From the NCBI GenBank assembly GCA_034520965.1, contig JAXHMY010000002.1, positions 352,001-416,000 on the forward strand: a stretch of 64,000 nucleotides of DNA. Reading direction: 5' to 3'. This document shows, piece by piece, positions 22,056 through 33,272 of this stretch; position 1 is the first letter of the stretch; the number at the start of each line of letters is the position of its first letter. Origin of the DNA: Spirochaetia bacterium (GTDB taxonomy: Bacteria > Spirochaetota > Spirochaetia > DSM-16054 > Sediminispirochaetaceae). The translations under genes and the position numbers were made by a program. The notes under the pieces were generated by a model. That model did not search any database. It saw only the letters and a list, made by a program, of their open reading frames with translations, and was not told the DNA's origin.

Positions 22056-22406
22056 TACAGCACATCACCACTAAACCAGAGTTTTTCCAAATCGTAGAAT
22101 TCCCGCATTTCTTTACTCATCAGATGTATGACCATAAAGCCGCAATCAATCAGTTCCCATCCATCTTCGGCTATGCGTTTGTGTCGATGCAGTACATTTA
22201 CATCTTGCTCGCTGAGCAAACTTCTTTAACTGTCGGGTGAGCCCTTTTAAATGCCCCACACTGTTTATGGTTGAGATGACGAAATAACTGGTCCAGCTGC
22301 TCTGCTCATGCACGTCAATTACAACGGTATCGCTGCCTTTGTGCTCATCAATCATGCGGCCTACTTCTATTGCGGCATCCCTACTCTTTACAGTATCTAC
22401 CATCAA
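22025..22406 (-). CDS. rsfS: Ribosome silencing factor; frameshifted
   Basis: [42 protein letters not shown]. Confidence 0.92.
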
Positions 22407-23583
22407 AATCCTTCCCTAATATAATTGTGACGTCGATTACATCGACTCCTGGTGCAGTTGTCGGCGCTTCAATTGCATCCTTCACTCTGCTTTCAACATT
22501 TTTACACTGAATAATACCGGCTATCTGCTGCGCCGCAGAAATATCACCACTCCAATCAATTACTATAGTTTTCTCATAATCCTGTTCTTCCGCATTGCCT
22601 ACCCGGGCAACATCATAGCCATAACTACTCAACACCTGAGAAGTACGGCCGGCTAAACCGTTGCGACTGGTACCATTTAGCAGTTCCAGAGTTACATTTA
22701 GTTCGTCTGTACTGACAACTTCCTTATTGCGCAGCGAACCCAGGGTTTGCTGAACCGTCTCCTTAATAAGCTTCCCTTCATAATAGGGAAACAACAGGGT
22801 CTCTCCATCAACCTGACGTTCATTCCCGAGTACCCTCTGAAAGACGACCTGGTCATAATCAAGCTGATTAAAGGACTGTATCAGGGTAGCTGCCGCCCGT
22901 TTCGAAAGATCAGTCTGAATATTTTTTAGAAGCGTGTCCTGTACTTTATCTTTCAACAAGTAATCGCTATTTTCTCCCATCTTCTTCAAAACAGACTGCA
23001 CAAACTTCTGCCGGCGTCCAATTTGCTCTGTCCCCCTCTCATTTGGTTCCTGATACATGGCGTAGAGCATCGCTTTTTCGCCATCTAAAGTCACACTTCC
23101 GGAGGGAAGCAAAACGATTCCGTGTTCCCCACGATATTCAACCGGGTTAGGAATAAACAGGTCTAATCCTTCGAGCAGATCAATTACATGGACCATTTGC
23201 TGTCGATCAATATACAAATAATAATCTATTTCCGTACCAAGCAGCTCTTCGACATGGGAAATATACATCTCAGGATTATCGGCCTGAAACACGTGTTGTA
23301 CCGCCCCGATTTTGTTACGATCCTCAAGCAGCATCCCAACCTGCAGGGGTACATCAATTAAAGCGCTTTTTCCGGTGTCGTGCTGGTAAAATACTACTTC
23401 AGAAAATTCTATCTCGCCCTCATCTCCCAGTACTAAGAGAAATTTGAGAGGCCGGTTTTCATCGATAGTAGCCGCTACTTGGTCGGTACGCACTTGCAGA
23501 TAGATAAAAACTCCGGCGGCAGCTAACACAGCTACTATCAGAAACACAAATACTGCGACTTTGCTAATTCTAAATTTTGGCAT
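22381..23583 (-). CDS. LCP (LytR/CpsA/Psr) family protein with LytR_C domain
   Basis: N-terminal TM; LDGEKA; RRQKFV; C-terminal LLNGTSRNGLA...VTIILGKDF. Confidence 0.85.
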   Translation of the reverse strand: MPKFRISKVAVFVFLIVAVLAAAGVFIYLQVRTDQVAATIDENRPLKFLLVLGDEGEIEFSEVVFYQHDTGKSALIDVPLQVGMLLEDRNKIGAVQHVFQADNPEMYISHVEELLGTEIDYYLYIDRQQMVHVIDLLEGLDLFIPNPVEYRGEHGIVLLPSGSVTLDGEKAMLYAMYQEPNERGTEQIGRRQKFVQSVLKKMGENSDYLLKDKVQDTLLKNIQTDLSKRAAATLIQSFNQLDYDQVVFQRVLGNERQVDGETLLFPYYEGKLIKETVQQTLGSLRNKEVVSTDELNVTLELLNGTSRNGLAGRTSQVLSSYGYDVARVGNAEEQDYEKTIVIDWSGDISAAQQIAGIIQCKNVESRVKDAIEAPTTAPGVDVIDVTIILGKDFDGRYCKE

Positions 23584-24166
23584 ACAGTCTCTCTTCTAAA
23601 GTACTCTCTTCTATAGTGTTGTATAATTGAAGCGCATAGGTAGAAATCTCAACCTGTTTTTCCCGCAAATGCAAAAACTGCGCTTTTAGTATTTTCTTCA
23701 GCATCCCGTCTAAAGAATCCACACAAAGGATATTGGCTCGAAACTCCTCAGATATGTGACTCCGACCGGGTTCAATAAAATCGGCAATATAGAGCACCTT
23801 CCCTAGATCGCCCATATCAGGATGTCCCTGAGTATGCCACCGCACGGCATTCAGTACGGTCTGTCGTTCTTCGCCCCATGAGGTCTGCAGAAGCACCGCC
23901 GCCGCCCTTCCATGCAATAATACTGGGCGACGCAATTCCTCTTCGAGCAGAGGCAGAGAGTCCTCCCCGGCAAGCTGCATCACCTGCACAGCACCAATTT
24001 CCCGGGCCATATCATGGGCGATACCGGATACGTACGCTTCCTCTAACGAAAGTCCGTACCTTCGACACAGTTCCACCGCTGTTTCAGCAGTTCGAAGGGA
24101 ATGGAGAAAACGCGGCAAACTCAAATGCGCTTTCACATACTCATATAAAGCGGTTTGGTTTAACAT
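23570..24166 (-). CDS. yqeK: YqeK HD-domain Ap4A hydrolase
   Basis: RFLHS, AHDMA, LLHGRA, WHT, YIADFIEPGR; follows nadD. Confidence 0.9.
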   Translation of the reverse strand: MLNQTALYEYVKAHLSLPRFLHSLRTAETAVELCRRYGLSLEEAYVSGIAHDMAREIGAVQVMQLAGEDSLPLLEEELRRPVLLHGRAAAVLLQTSWGEERQTVLNAVRWHTQGHPDMGDLGKVLYIADFIEPGRSHISEEFRANILCVDSLDGMLKKILKAQFLHLREKQVEISTYALQLYNTIEESTLEERLYAKI

Positions 24167-24732
24167 CCCGTGTATAACTCATTATCTAAAATATAGGTAA
24201 AAACTTCTTCCGGAACAAGGTATCTAAAGGCACTGCCGGATTCTACCCGCGAGCGTATGCTGCTGGAAGAAATTGGAAGGATTATATTGTCAATGTAGAT
24301 ATGGGGCCAGGAACACTCAACTCTCTTTTCATACAAACGATGCGCAATCAACAAATCGACCATCCCTTGCAGTTCTTCCCAGCGCTTCCATTTCGACAAG
24401 CCTTCCACTAGATCATCTCCAATTACCAGTCCGGGCTTACCGTCAATGGGATAACGCTGTTGTAGATCGAGGATTGTCTCATAGGTATAGGAGACTCCCC
24501 CCCGTTGTATTTCACACTCATCAATTAAAATATCGCTCTGTGCGACCGATAGTCTCAGCATCTCTAAGCGATCTTGAGGGGAAGTACAGTAATCCGGATT
24601 CTTGTGGGCCGGGATGTGGGATGGAACAAAAATAACCCTCTCATACCCTCCCTGCATACGTACTTCTTCGGCAAGGTATAAATGACCAATGTGAACCGGA
24701 TTGAAAGTACCGCCGATTACAACTGTTTTCAC
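24160..24732 (-). CDS. nadD: Nicotinate-nucleotide adenylyltransferase
   Basis: GGTFNPVHIGH, SYTYET, IGDD, ISSSSIR. Confidence 0.94.
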   Translation of the reverse strand: MKTVVIGGTFNPVHIGHLYLAEEVRMQGGYERVIFVPSHIPAHKNPDYCTSPQDRLEMLRLSVAQSDILIDECEIQRGGVSYTYETILDLQQRYPIDGKPGLVIGDDLVEGLSKWKRWEELQGMVDLLIAHRLYEKRVECSWPHIYIDNIILPISSSSIRSRVESGSAFRYLVPEEVFTYILDNELYTGC

Positions 24733-24736
24733 GTTA

Positions 24737-25790
24737 TCAATGCTCCAAGTGCTTTGGGTGCTCAAAGGCACGTGCTTTTTCGGAACCTCGCGTCTGTTCA
24801 GCATCCTGCGTTTCAACCACCCCTAGGAAGGCAGTTTTTACTTCTTCCAGCCCGATCCGTGTAAAAGACGAGAGCCCTATAAGCTGCTCTTCTTCAAGAA
24901 AAGCCTGTAACTTATCATAATTCTCTTGAGTGCCCTCAAGATCAATCTTGCTTCCGATAACTACACGAGGTTTTTTTAGCAGTTCCGGGGCATACTCTTC
25001 CAACTCATGCAATACTACTTGATAGGTATGCAGTACGTCTTCGTCACTCAAATCGATCAATACTGCAAGCCCCGAGGTTCTGGATATGTGTTTAAGAAAC
25101 TTATCCCCTAAACCGGCTCCCTGGGATGCTCCCTCAATGATACCGGGGATATCAGCCAGCACAATATCGCGATATTCTGCCTGCATAACTCCCAAGTGAG
25201 GGATTTTTGTGGTGAATGCGTAAGATGCAACTTTTGGATGCGCGTTGGTGAGGGTTCGCAGTAATGAAGATTTTCCGGCATTCGGAAGTCCCGACAAATC
25301 CGATATCGGCTATTAGGTGCAGCTCGACATGCAGCCGCATTTCCTCTCCCGGTAAGCCGGGCTGGGCATAACGGGGTGTCTGCTTTTTTGAAGTAGCAAA
25401 GTGCATATTTCCTCTGCCGCCATGGCCACCCACTAACAGAATCAACTCTTCATCCGGAAGGGTAAAGTCTTTAAGCACGCGCCCGGTTTCAGGGTCTTTA
25501 ATAATGGTTCCGGGAGGCACCGGAACGATAACATCGTTCCCGTTGCTTCCATGCCGTTTTTTCCCCATACCGGGCTCACCGTTTTCTGCTCGGTATACCC
25601 GTTTTGACTTTAAGTGTGCGAGGGTTTTAAGGTTTGACCGGACCTCAAAAATAACGCTGCCGCCATTGCCGCCGTCACCGCCGTCAGGACCGCCCTTAGG
25701 AACATACTTCTCACGCCTAAAAGCAACACAACCTGCACCGCCATTACCTGATGCGACATCAATGTAGACTTCGTCTGCAAATCCAACCAC
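24737..25790 (-). CDS. obgE: GTPase ObgE/CgtA; frameshift near 25292
   Basis: FRREKYVPKGGPDGGDGG, PNAGKS, YAFTT, DIPG, SKID. Confidence 0.96.
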
Positions 25791-25801
25791 TAGTAGAGCT
25801 G

Positions 25802-26062
25802 CTACTCCTGAGCTACGGTCATAATGCTGATATAGTTACGGCCTTTTCGGTTTTTAAATGAGACGGTTCCTTCAGATTTTGCAAACAGCGTATCGTCTTT
25901 TCCACGCCCTACATTTTCACCGGGGTGAAACTTGGTACCGCGCTGACGAACAATGATCTCGCCCGCCTTTACCAGCTGACCACCACCGCGCTTAATTCCA
26001 AGGCGCTTCGATTCAGAGTCTCTTCCGTTTTTGGTGCTTCCGCCACCTTTTTTATGTGCCAT
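25802..26062 (-). CDS. rpmA: 50S ribosomal protein L27
   Basis: [16 protein letters not shown]...[10 protein letters not shown]. Confidence 0.98.
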   Translation of the reverse strand: MAHKKGGGSTKNGRDSESKRLGIKRGGGQLVKAGEIIVRQRGTKFHPGENVGRGKDDTLFAKSEGTVSFKNRKGRNYISIMTVAQE

Positions 26063-26067
26063 TGTGC

Positions 26068-26406
26068 TTATTCCTCCTGTGTTTTCAAAACTATGCTGCA
26101 GTCATCCGGGTAATCGGCTTCTATATCCTTGAGCCCGACCACGAGATAGTCTGTAACCCCCCGCAGCCAATTCCTGGACTCTGCATCAACCCGGTCAAGC
26201 CTGAGTTCCAGACTCCCCGGTTGTGGAGCAGTGCCGCTGCTGACTATGCCTGTGTGACCCTCAACTAAACGTGCAGCCGTCCTCACTAAGGAGGATACCG
26301 CAGCGCAGGGAATGCTATCCTTACCCGCACTGCGAACTGCGTGACCGTCGGTTGTGAGCCGCGATACACACATAAAAGTGTCTAGCAGCAGCTGAACCTC
26401 AATCAA
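26068..26406 (-). CDS. prp: Prp-family ribosomal-processing cysteine protease (DUF464/YsxB)
   Basis: GHA...CAAVS motif; lies between rplU and rpmA. Confidence 0.8.
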   Translation of the reverse strand: MIEVQLLLDTFMCVSRLTTDGHAVRSAGKDSIPCAAVSSLVRTAARLVEGHTGIVSSGTAPQPGSLELRLDRVDAESRNWLRGVTDYLVVGLKDIEADYPDDCSIVLKTQEE

Positions 26407-26409
26407 AGC

Positions 26410-26724
26410 TTATGCGCCGGTAATACCGGTGACCTTCAGAAGCGTGTGCTTTTGCCGATGCCCCTGAGTACGTCGATACCCTTTGCGCTTTTTGAACTTA
26501 CTGACAACAATCTTGTCAGCCTTGTTATGCTCTTCAAGAGTAGCAGTTACCTTGGCGCCCTTTACGTAGGGGGTGCCAACTTTTACCTTACCATCGTTAC
26601 TGGTAAGCAGTACCGTATTAAACTCCAGTGTGTCGCCGGCTTCATTATCGAGTTTATCCACTGTCAAAGTGGTACCCTCAGCGGCCTTGTACTGTTTTCC
26701 TTTAATTTCTATCAATGCGTACAT
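26410..26724 (-). CDS. rplU: 50S ribosomal protein L21
   Basis: MYALIEIKGKQYK...VGTPYV...GHRQ. Confidence 0.97.
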   Translation of the reverse strand: MYALIEIKGKQYKAAEGTTLTVDKLDNEAGDTLEFNTVLLTSNDGKVKVGTPYVKGAKVTATLEEHNKADKIVVSKFKKRKGYRRTQGHRQKHTLLKVTGITGA

Positions 26725-26791
26725 TCTTCAACCTCAGCTCGTAGTGTATGTAAAGTCTCTTATATCATACCCTTATGCATAGGGTCAATAA

Positions 26792-28562
26792 CTACATCCG
26801 CTCTAGAAAGGGGATACCTACCAGGAAGTATGCATTCTGCAAGACCTGTAAAATAGCGCGCACCAGGGTAACCCGGGTTACTACAACATTGGGGTCATCA
26901 TTATGCAGCACCGGGTGGTCATGGTAGAACTTACTAAAGCTGCGGGAAATATCGTATAAGTAGGTGGTAATAAGATTCGGATTATACTCCTCCCCTGCCC
27001 GGCGAACAACCTCCGGGTATTCTGACAGCAGTTTTATAAGGCTCCGCTCCTCGGAGGCCTCCAACAGTTCCGGCTGAAAACTGCCGTCGGCAAACTCCGC
27101 TTTGCGAGCATCGTACTTGCGAAGCATACTGTGCGATCCGTGCTCCCATATACTGCAGATAGGGTCCGGTATTCCCGTTAAACGAAATCGATTCTTCGGG
27201 GTTAAAAATCATGTCCCTAGCCGGAGCAACCTGCAGTAAATAGTAGTTCAGTGCCGCTTGAGCCACAGCTGCAGCGGCTTTCTCTACATCGCCGACATGT
27301 TCTTCCCGATCCTTACTGCGGATCTCCTCAGCGGCCATTGTCTGCAACTGTTCGAACAGATCGTCGGCGTCAACCACGGTTCCTTCACGGGATTTCATTT
27401 TACCCTCTGGAAGGTTCACCATTCCGTAGGAAAGATGGTAGAGGTTATCGGCCCACTCGAAGCCAAGCTTTTTTAGTACATGAAACAAAACCCTGAAGTG
27501 GTACCTCTGCTCCGAGGCCACCACATAAATCATCCGCTCAAAGGGCCAGTCCTGATGCCGTTCTATGGCTGTGCCGATATCCTGGGTGAGGTACAGGGAA
27601 GTACCATCGCTCCTGAGCAGGACCTTACGGTCCAGATCGATCTCAGAGAGGTCTACCCACACGGAACCGTCGGCCTCTTTATAAAAGGTTCCCCTCTCCA
27701 GCCCTTTCAGGACCTCTTCCCGGCCGCGCTTGAAGGTCCGGCTCTCATAATATACCTTGTCAAAGGAGACGCCGGTTTTGGCATAGGTAGTTTCTATTCC
27801 CTCAATCGTCCAGCGGTTCATTCGACGCCAGAGTTCAGTTACCTCCGGGTCATCCGCCTCCCAAGCTTTCAGCATTTCCCTGGCTTGGGGCTCCGCCTGG
27901 GGGTCCTGTTTGGACCATTGATCGAATTTAACATAATATTTGCCTACAAAGTGATCACTTTTTAAGCCCTCCGACTCCGGAGTAGCCCCATCACCAAACT
28001 TCTTGTATGCCAGCATCGACTTGCAGATGTGAATGCCCCGGTCATTGATCAAGTTTACCTTTTGAACCTCGGCACCATTGGCTCCGAGAATGCGGGCGAC
28101 ACTCTCCCCCAGGGCGTCATTCCGCAAATGACCAAGATGGAGGGGCTTATTGGTATTTGGACAGGAGAATTCGATCATTACCTTGTTACCCTGTAAGCTT
28201 TGGCCTCGTCCATAGGAAACGCGCTCATCGAGCACCGACGCACAGACTTCATCCGCCAGAGAAACCATTTTTAAAGCGACATTCAGATACGGGCCGGCAA
28301 CCTGCACGGTGCCGGCGGCCGCTGCTTCGCTGTGTAGAGTAAGCTTTTCCGCAACCTCAGCGGCTATCTTTGCCGGAGCAGATTTAAATATCCGTGCAAA
28401 CGGGAACAAGGGAAACGCAATATCACCCAACTCAGGAGTAGGTGGAGTTTCCACTGCAAGCGAATCAGCCTCGACTACTGCAGGATCAATCTGGTGATCC
28501 ACTGCCACCTCCCGCAGGGCTTGGGCTACACGCTGTTTCCATTGCTCTTTCACGGCTTCCAT
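26792..28562 (-). CDS. argS: Arginine--tRNA ligase; frameshift near 27130
   Basis: PNTNKPLHLGHLRN, GKMKSREG, GNTGPYLQY and anticodon-binding domain. Confidence 0.96.
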
Positions 28563-28632
28563 ATTATAAATCCTCTTGTAGTATTACGTTATAACTTACA
28601 CTGTGCAAGGCACAGTCCTCGCGAAGCATAGG

Positions 28633-29426
28633 TTACTTAATATAACCAATTATTGCAAGCATGTGGGTAAACCGCTCCGGCCCCTCCCGTCTGAAGGAAC
28701 CTAAATCGGCCGTACACGCGGTACATTCATCAATAAACCGGATATCATGAAGGCCTTGCTGCTGAAGGCTGCGTAAGTTTGCAGCTAAGAGATCCAGAAA
28801 GGGGCTCGCCGGCCGGTGCCGCTATTGTGCATATCCTGGTTCTCAGTGCTGTGGGCAGACAAAAGAGTATGGACCGGCGGTGCGGCACTCCATTTGACGG
28901 CCTCGCTCCCCCAGCTGGAGCTGAATTTCTGAGCCCGGGCTTCATCGACCTGGTAACAACAGCTGCGAATTGAGGGGCCGAGAACGGCGGTCACCTCTTC
29001 TGCCGCTATTCCATAGCGCTCCTGAAACAGCCTAAGGGCCTGTAATACTATACCGGTGCCCTTCCAGCCCGAATGCACCACCGCAAAGTTCCGGGACTCA
29101 GCGTGGAACAGAAAAATCGGCATACAATCGGCCACACTAACCCCAAGCACATGATCGCGGGCACCCGCCACTAAACCGTCGCCCTCTTGAGTGGAATTTA
29201 GTTGCGGCCCGGACACATATACCTGCTGCGAATGAACCTGCGAGAGACTGTAAAAAAGCTCCGGCCTCACCTGCAGATGCTCAAGAAGGGCAGCCCGAGA
29301 CAAACTACCTGATTTCATATCCCCGGCAGACTTCAGACTCACAATAATATCCGGTTCTTCCGGATTTTGTTTTGCAAGAGAACTTATGTAGCTGTGAATA
29401 TCACGCTCGAGCTTTACCTGCAGCAT
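28633..29426 (-). CDS. pgeF: PgeF/YfiH (laccase-domain) family protein; frameshift near 28885
   Basis: QVHS, ADCMPI, HSGWKG, GPSIRSCCYQV. Confidence 0.85.
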
Positions 29427-31147
29427 TACTCTTCTATCCGTTTTTCCGCATCATAGAGCTGGGACAGAATTTCTAGAAAAGCCTCTAATTTTTTGTTTAT
29501 ATGAGAGAGCTTCTGCTGAAGGTTCTTATTTTCATTGCGTCCGATGTAGCCAAAATTCGAAAGTGTATCGTAACGACCCCCCATATCACCGTATAAAATT
29601 CCGGCGATTACATTCTTCAACTGTGTTACAAATGTAATAGTCTTTCCAATCAACTCTTCCGCCTGTCCATCAACAGTCGATAACAGCTGCTGTACTTTTC
29701 CTGCGCGCTGCCGTTCAGTGGACGCCTCATTTTTAATAGCCCCTACTCTCCGTCCAAATTCCCCTTCCGAGGAGAGTGAGAGCTCCAGAGCGTCGAGACG
29801 GTCGTTTATCCATAAAAGACCATTGTATGCATCATTATACTCCTCACGGTTCTGCTCCTTGTAAAATTCTCCATCAATCAGCACTAATTTCAGGGGACTG
29901 TTCATTTCGCTGATAAAAAAGGTATCCATAAAGCCGCGAATAAGGCCCAGGGTTTTAAGGTAGCGGGGCTGCAGCTGGTACTCAATGCCGAAGTTGTTAT
30001 AATACTTTACCTCCGGCAAAGTGTCTTTTTTCAAAAAATCCTTGGCTGAATCGATCAAGCGATCACGCTTATACGCTTCGCTGTAGCTGCGCATCTTCTG
30101 ATCGAACCTCTGATACCAAAATTGTTTAAACAGCACAAACCAGTCTTCACCACCTCCGACTTGCTCAGGAACATATTCAATATTTCGTAACACCAAGCGC
30201 GAGAAAGTAAGCAGAGGTATATGTACATGAAAGTAACGCAGATAGCCGATTGCCTCCTCAGTTTGTTTCAGGAGGCTATTCAATCGCCGTTCAACCTCTT
30301 CACTTTCTTCATTTTCTAAAGAATTTTGCAGAAAAAATAGAAAAAGTATCTTCATTATGCCTTCAGAAGGGGGTTGTCTTACCGAAAAAAGAACCTGGGT
30401 CAATTCCAAAAGGTAAGACCTTACATCAAAAATGGGCGCACTCAAGGCTTGGCCGCTTCCTCGTTTTTCAAAAACCGTCAAAAGTTTCTCAAAGGGAAAG
30501 GTAACCAAAGTGCTAAATGCATACAGAGTGCGAAGCTGGTTATAAAGCACGTTCTTTCGAGTCTCATCAATGCTTTCAAAAATATCTTCTAGTTGAAACT
30601 CAATCTCTTTACGTATCTTATAAGGATCGGTGATCGATTGTTCGTAAGCCACATGTTCAGGTTCTACCTCCGACATAAGACGATCCTGAATATCCGGCAG
30701 TTCCCATCCAACTAAAAAGGCGAAAAAGTCTTTCTTTTGTGCTGCTAAAGCTTGGCGCAGGGGTTCTCGTAAAAAATTCATCTTATCTTGCAGTTTTTTC
30801 ACACTCCAGTAGAAGTTCGCCCCTAATTCTCCTGTAGCGTGAATATAGATATTGCTGTAGTTGCGCTCCAGCTGCTTACTCAACTTTGAAAGAATCATAC
30901 CTTCCAGCAGCTCTTCACGGGTATCAGAGCCAAACAGAACCCGGAGGAACAGAAAAAGTTTCTCGATCCAGGATAACTGCTGAAAGGCCTTATTGTAATT
31001 GAAAGCTTCAGCCTCTTCTTCAACTATTTTTAAGGGCTCCTGACTTATAGTAGGTTTAGAGAGGGTATGCAGTTTATCCAAAAGTTCGTGACGTTCACCC
31101 TTGGATAGATTTTTCACCAATCGATCAAATCGAGTTTGTTCATCCAT
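29426..31147 (-). CDS. Conserved spirochaete-type hypothetical protein (DUF5312-like)
   Basis: Intact 573-aa helical ORF; family assignment from recalled resemblance only. Confidence 0.6.
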   Translation of the reverse strand: MDEQTRFDRLVKNLSKGERHELLDKLHTLSKPTISQEPLKIVEEEAEAFNYNKAFQQLSWIEKLFLFLRVLFGSDTREELLEGMILSKLSKQLERNYSNIYIHATGELGANFYWSVKKLQDKMNFLREPLRQALAAQKKDFFAFLVGWELPDIQDRLMSEVEPEHVAYEQSITDPYKIRKEIEFQLEDIFESIDETRKNVLYNQLRTLYAFSTLVTFPFEKLLTVFEKRGSGQALSAPIFDVRSYLLELTQVLFSVRQPPSEGIMKILFLFFLQNSLENEESEEVERRLNSLLKQTEEAIGYLRYFHVHIPLLTFSRLVLRNIEYVPEQVGGGEDWFVLFKQFWYQRFDQKMRSYSEAYKRDRLIDSAKDFLKKDTLPEVKYYNNFGIEYQLQPRYLKTLGLIRGFMDTFFISEMNSPLKLVLIDGEFYKEQNREEYNDAYNGLLWINDRLDALELSLSSEGEFGRRVGAIKNEASTERQRAGKVQQLLSTVDGQAEELIGKTITFVTQLKNVIAGILYGDMGGRYDTLSNFGYIGRNENKNLQQKLSHINKKLEAFLEILSQLYDAEKRIEE

Positions 31148-31184
31148 ATTAAATAGTATAAATCAAAGCTGAAAATTATTAAAT

Positions 31185-31327
31185 CAGGAATTCTACATTT
31201 TGGAAGTCTTTTGACTTCCAAAATTAGAATAACCTCAAACCCTTTAAGCTAAGTTAATTATCTTAAACAAAATGTGAGCATTCTAAATTTGAAAATTTTT
31301 TAAAATTTTCAAAATTTAGAATTGCTG
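31185..31327. mobile_element. MITE-like element, copy 2 (143 bp)
   Basis: Ends CAGGAATTCTA / TAGAATTGCTG; 9-bp TSD TTATTAAAT at 31176-31184 and 31328-31336; same TTTGGAAGTC-N4-GACTTCCAAA hairpin as copy 1. Confidence 0.85.
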
Positions 31328-31367
31328 TTATTAAATATTTTTGCACCCCTGCAGACATAAAAGCACA

Positions 31368-31399
31368 GAAAAAAAGCTGCCTATTCAATAGGCAGCTTT
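31368..31399 (-). terminator. Intrinsic terminator after the tRNA pair
   Basis: AAAGCTGCCTATT-G-AATAGGCAGCTTT followed by a T run on the minus strand. Confidence 0.8.
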
Positions 31400-31404
31400 A
31401 GGCT

Positions 31405-31476
31405 TAGTCCCTAGGGGAATCGAACCCCTCTCTGAAGACTGAGAATCTTCCGTCCTAGCCGATAGACGAAGGGACC
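31405..31476 (-). tRNA. tRNA-Glu(CTC)
   Basis: GGTCCCT...AGGGACTA; anticodon arm GAAGA-TTCTCAG-TCTTC. Confidence 0.95.
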
Positions 31477-31482
31477 ATATAG

Positions 31483-31553
31483 CTGGCCGAGAAGGATTTG
31501 AACCTCCACAAACAGAACCAGAATCTGTCGTGCTACCATTACACTATCGGCCA
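31483..31553 (-). tRNA. tRNA-Gln(CTG)
   Basis: TGGCCGA...TCGGCCAG; anticodon arm ACAGA-TTCTGGT-TCTGT. Confidence 0.95.
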
Positions 31554-31604
31554 TCAAATTACGGATGAAAATGTACTAAAAGCTTAATCTTTTGTCAATA
31601 CATG

Positions 31605-32138
31605 CTATTCGGCATCATAGTTAATAAGAGTGGTGATTCGGTAATCTGATAACTGCTCGGCATAATTGAGAAAGGGCAGACCAATTACACAGAAGATGTC
31701 CTCAACCTTGCCGCCAATCTCGCCGATCAATTCTGCGGCCGCTTTTAATGTTCCACCAGTCGCAATAAGATCATCTATTAAAAGAACATTTGTATTCGGC
31801 TTTACATCACTGGTATGGATTTGAATAACATCTTCACCATATTCAAGGGCAAAACGTTTTTCCTTTATTTCCCCAGGCAGTTTACCTGCTTTACGAACCA
31901 GCACTTGCGGAATTTGCATACGAGCGGCAAAGGGTGCGGAAAAAAGGAATCCCCTGGCCTCTACAGCGGCAACGGCATCGATTTTCTTATCTTTATACTG
32001 CTCTACCATCGCATCGATACAGTAATTAAAAGCAGTCGGATTTTGGAGTATTCCGGTGATGTCATAAAAAAGAATTCCCGGTTTTGGAAAATCCGGTACT
32101 TTGCGAATTGCCTGATCAAGGTTATAAGGTGTAACCAT
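31605..32138 (-). CDS. apt: Adenine phosphoribosyltransferase
   Basis: PDFPKPGILFYDIT, EARGF, RKAGKLPG, LEYG, IDDLIATGGT. Confidence 0.96.
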   Translation of the reverse strand: MVTPYNLDQAIRKVPDFPKPGILFYDITGILQNPTAFNYCIDAMVEQYKDKKIDAVAAVEARGFLFSAPFAARMQIPQVLVRKAGKLPGEIKEKRFALEYGEDVIQIHTSDVKPNTNVLLIDDLIATGGTLKAAAELIGEIGGKVEDIFCVIGLPFLNYAEQLSDYRITTLINYDAE

Positions 32139-32256
32139 ACCTAACTCCATTTTATCGTAGTGTCACTGTAAGCTTACACAATTCATCTTAGTTACGAAAG
32201 TGTTAGTTAATAAAAAGAATTGAATTTTTACAATAATTCTTCTATTCTAACAACAC

Positions 32257-33227
32257 ATGAAAACTATTCTTCCTATTGCCAGTGGAAAAGGCGGTGTGGG
32301 TAAGACCATGTGCATCGCAAATTTAGGAATTGCCCTGGCACAAGCAGGAAAAACCTGCATTTTGGTCGATCTAGATCTCGGCAGCTCAAACTTGCACACC
32401 TGCCTTGGCATAAAGAACCGCCACCGGGAATCGGGAATTACATTTACAAGCAGGAAACATCCCTGGAGGCACTAGTTTTGCCGACAGAGGTTCCTCAGCT
32501 TTACTTTATCCCCGGCGATTCGCTCCTTCCGGGTACCGCCAACCTGCCCTATTTTACAAAAAAAGAAATTAATTCGCGAACTTGACCAGCTGGTAGCCGA
32601 CTTTATTCTTATAGACCTGGGGGCCGGCAGCTCCTATAACGTAATCGACTTTTTTCTAATTTCCAACACCGGTCTAATTGTCACCACTCCCGAGACCACC
32701 GCCATACTAAGCTCCTATTCTTTTTTGAAAAGTGCCGTATACCGCCTGCTCTACCGCAGCTTTCCTTCTAAAAGCCGGGAACGAGAAATAATTCAAGACT
32801 TTGCAGCACCCCGATTGAAGGCAGTTCACTCTCCTTTCAACAGTTAGTTGCAAGGCTCTCAGAACATTCCGCCGATTCCGGTCTTAAGGCCGAGGAACAG
32901 CTGCGGAACTTTTTTCCCCGTATAATACTCAATATGGGAAACTCATCTCAAGATTTTTCGGTTGCCGCAAAACTGCGTGACATCAGCCGTAAAAACCTCG
33001 CCATTCCAATGGAGTTTATCGGTTTTTTGCCCCACGACCCCGCAGTAAGCAGGTCTATTTTTACCCGGGTACCTTACATTCTTGATAAGCCAAACTCTCC
33101 ATTTGCCAAGGGGATGCGCCTGCTGACCCAGAAACTGACCGCAGGGACCTTTCCGAGCACTCCCCAGTTGTTCGAAGACGATGAGGACATTCAGGAACTG
33201 CAGCAGGAGCTGCAGCAGGATTTGTAA
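32257..33227 (+). CDS. MinD/FlhG-family P-loop ATPase; several frameshifts
   Basis: ASGKGGVGKT, VDLDLGSSNLH, DLGAGSS, TTPETTA. Confidence 0.85.
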
Positions 33228-33272
33228 AGTAAGCAAAATGAGGAACCATGAGTGAGACTTTAAAAGAGTATA

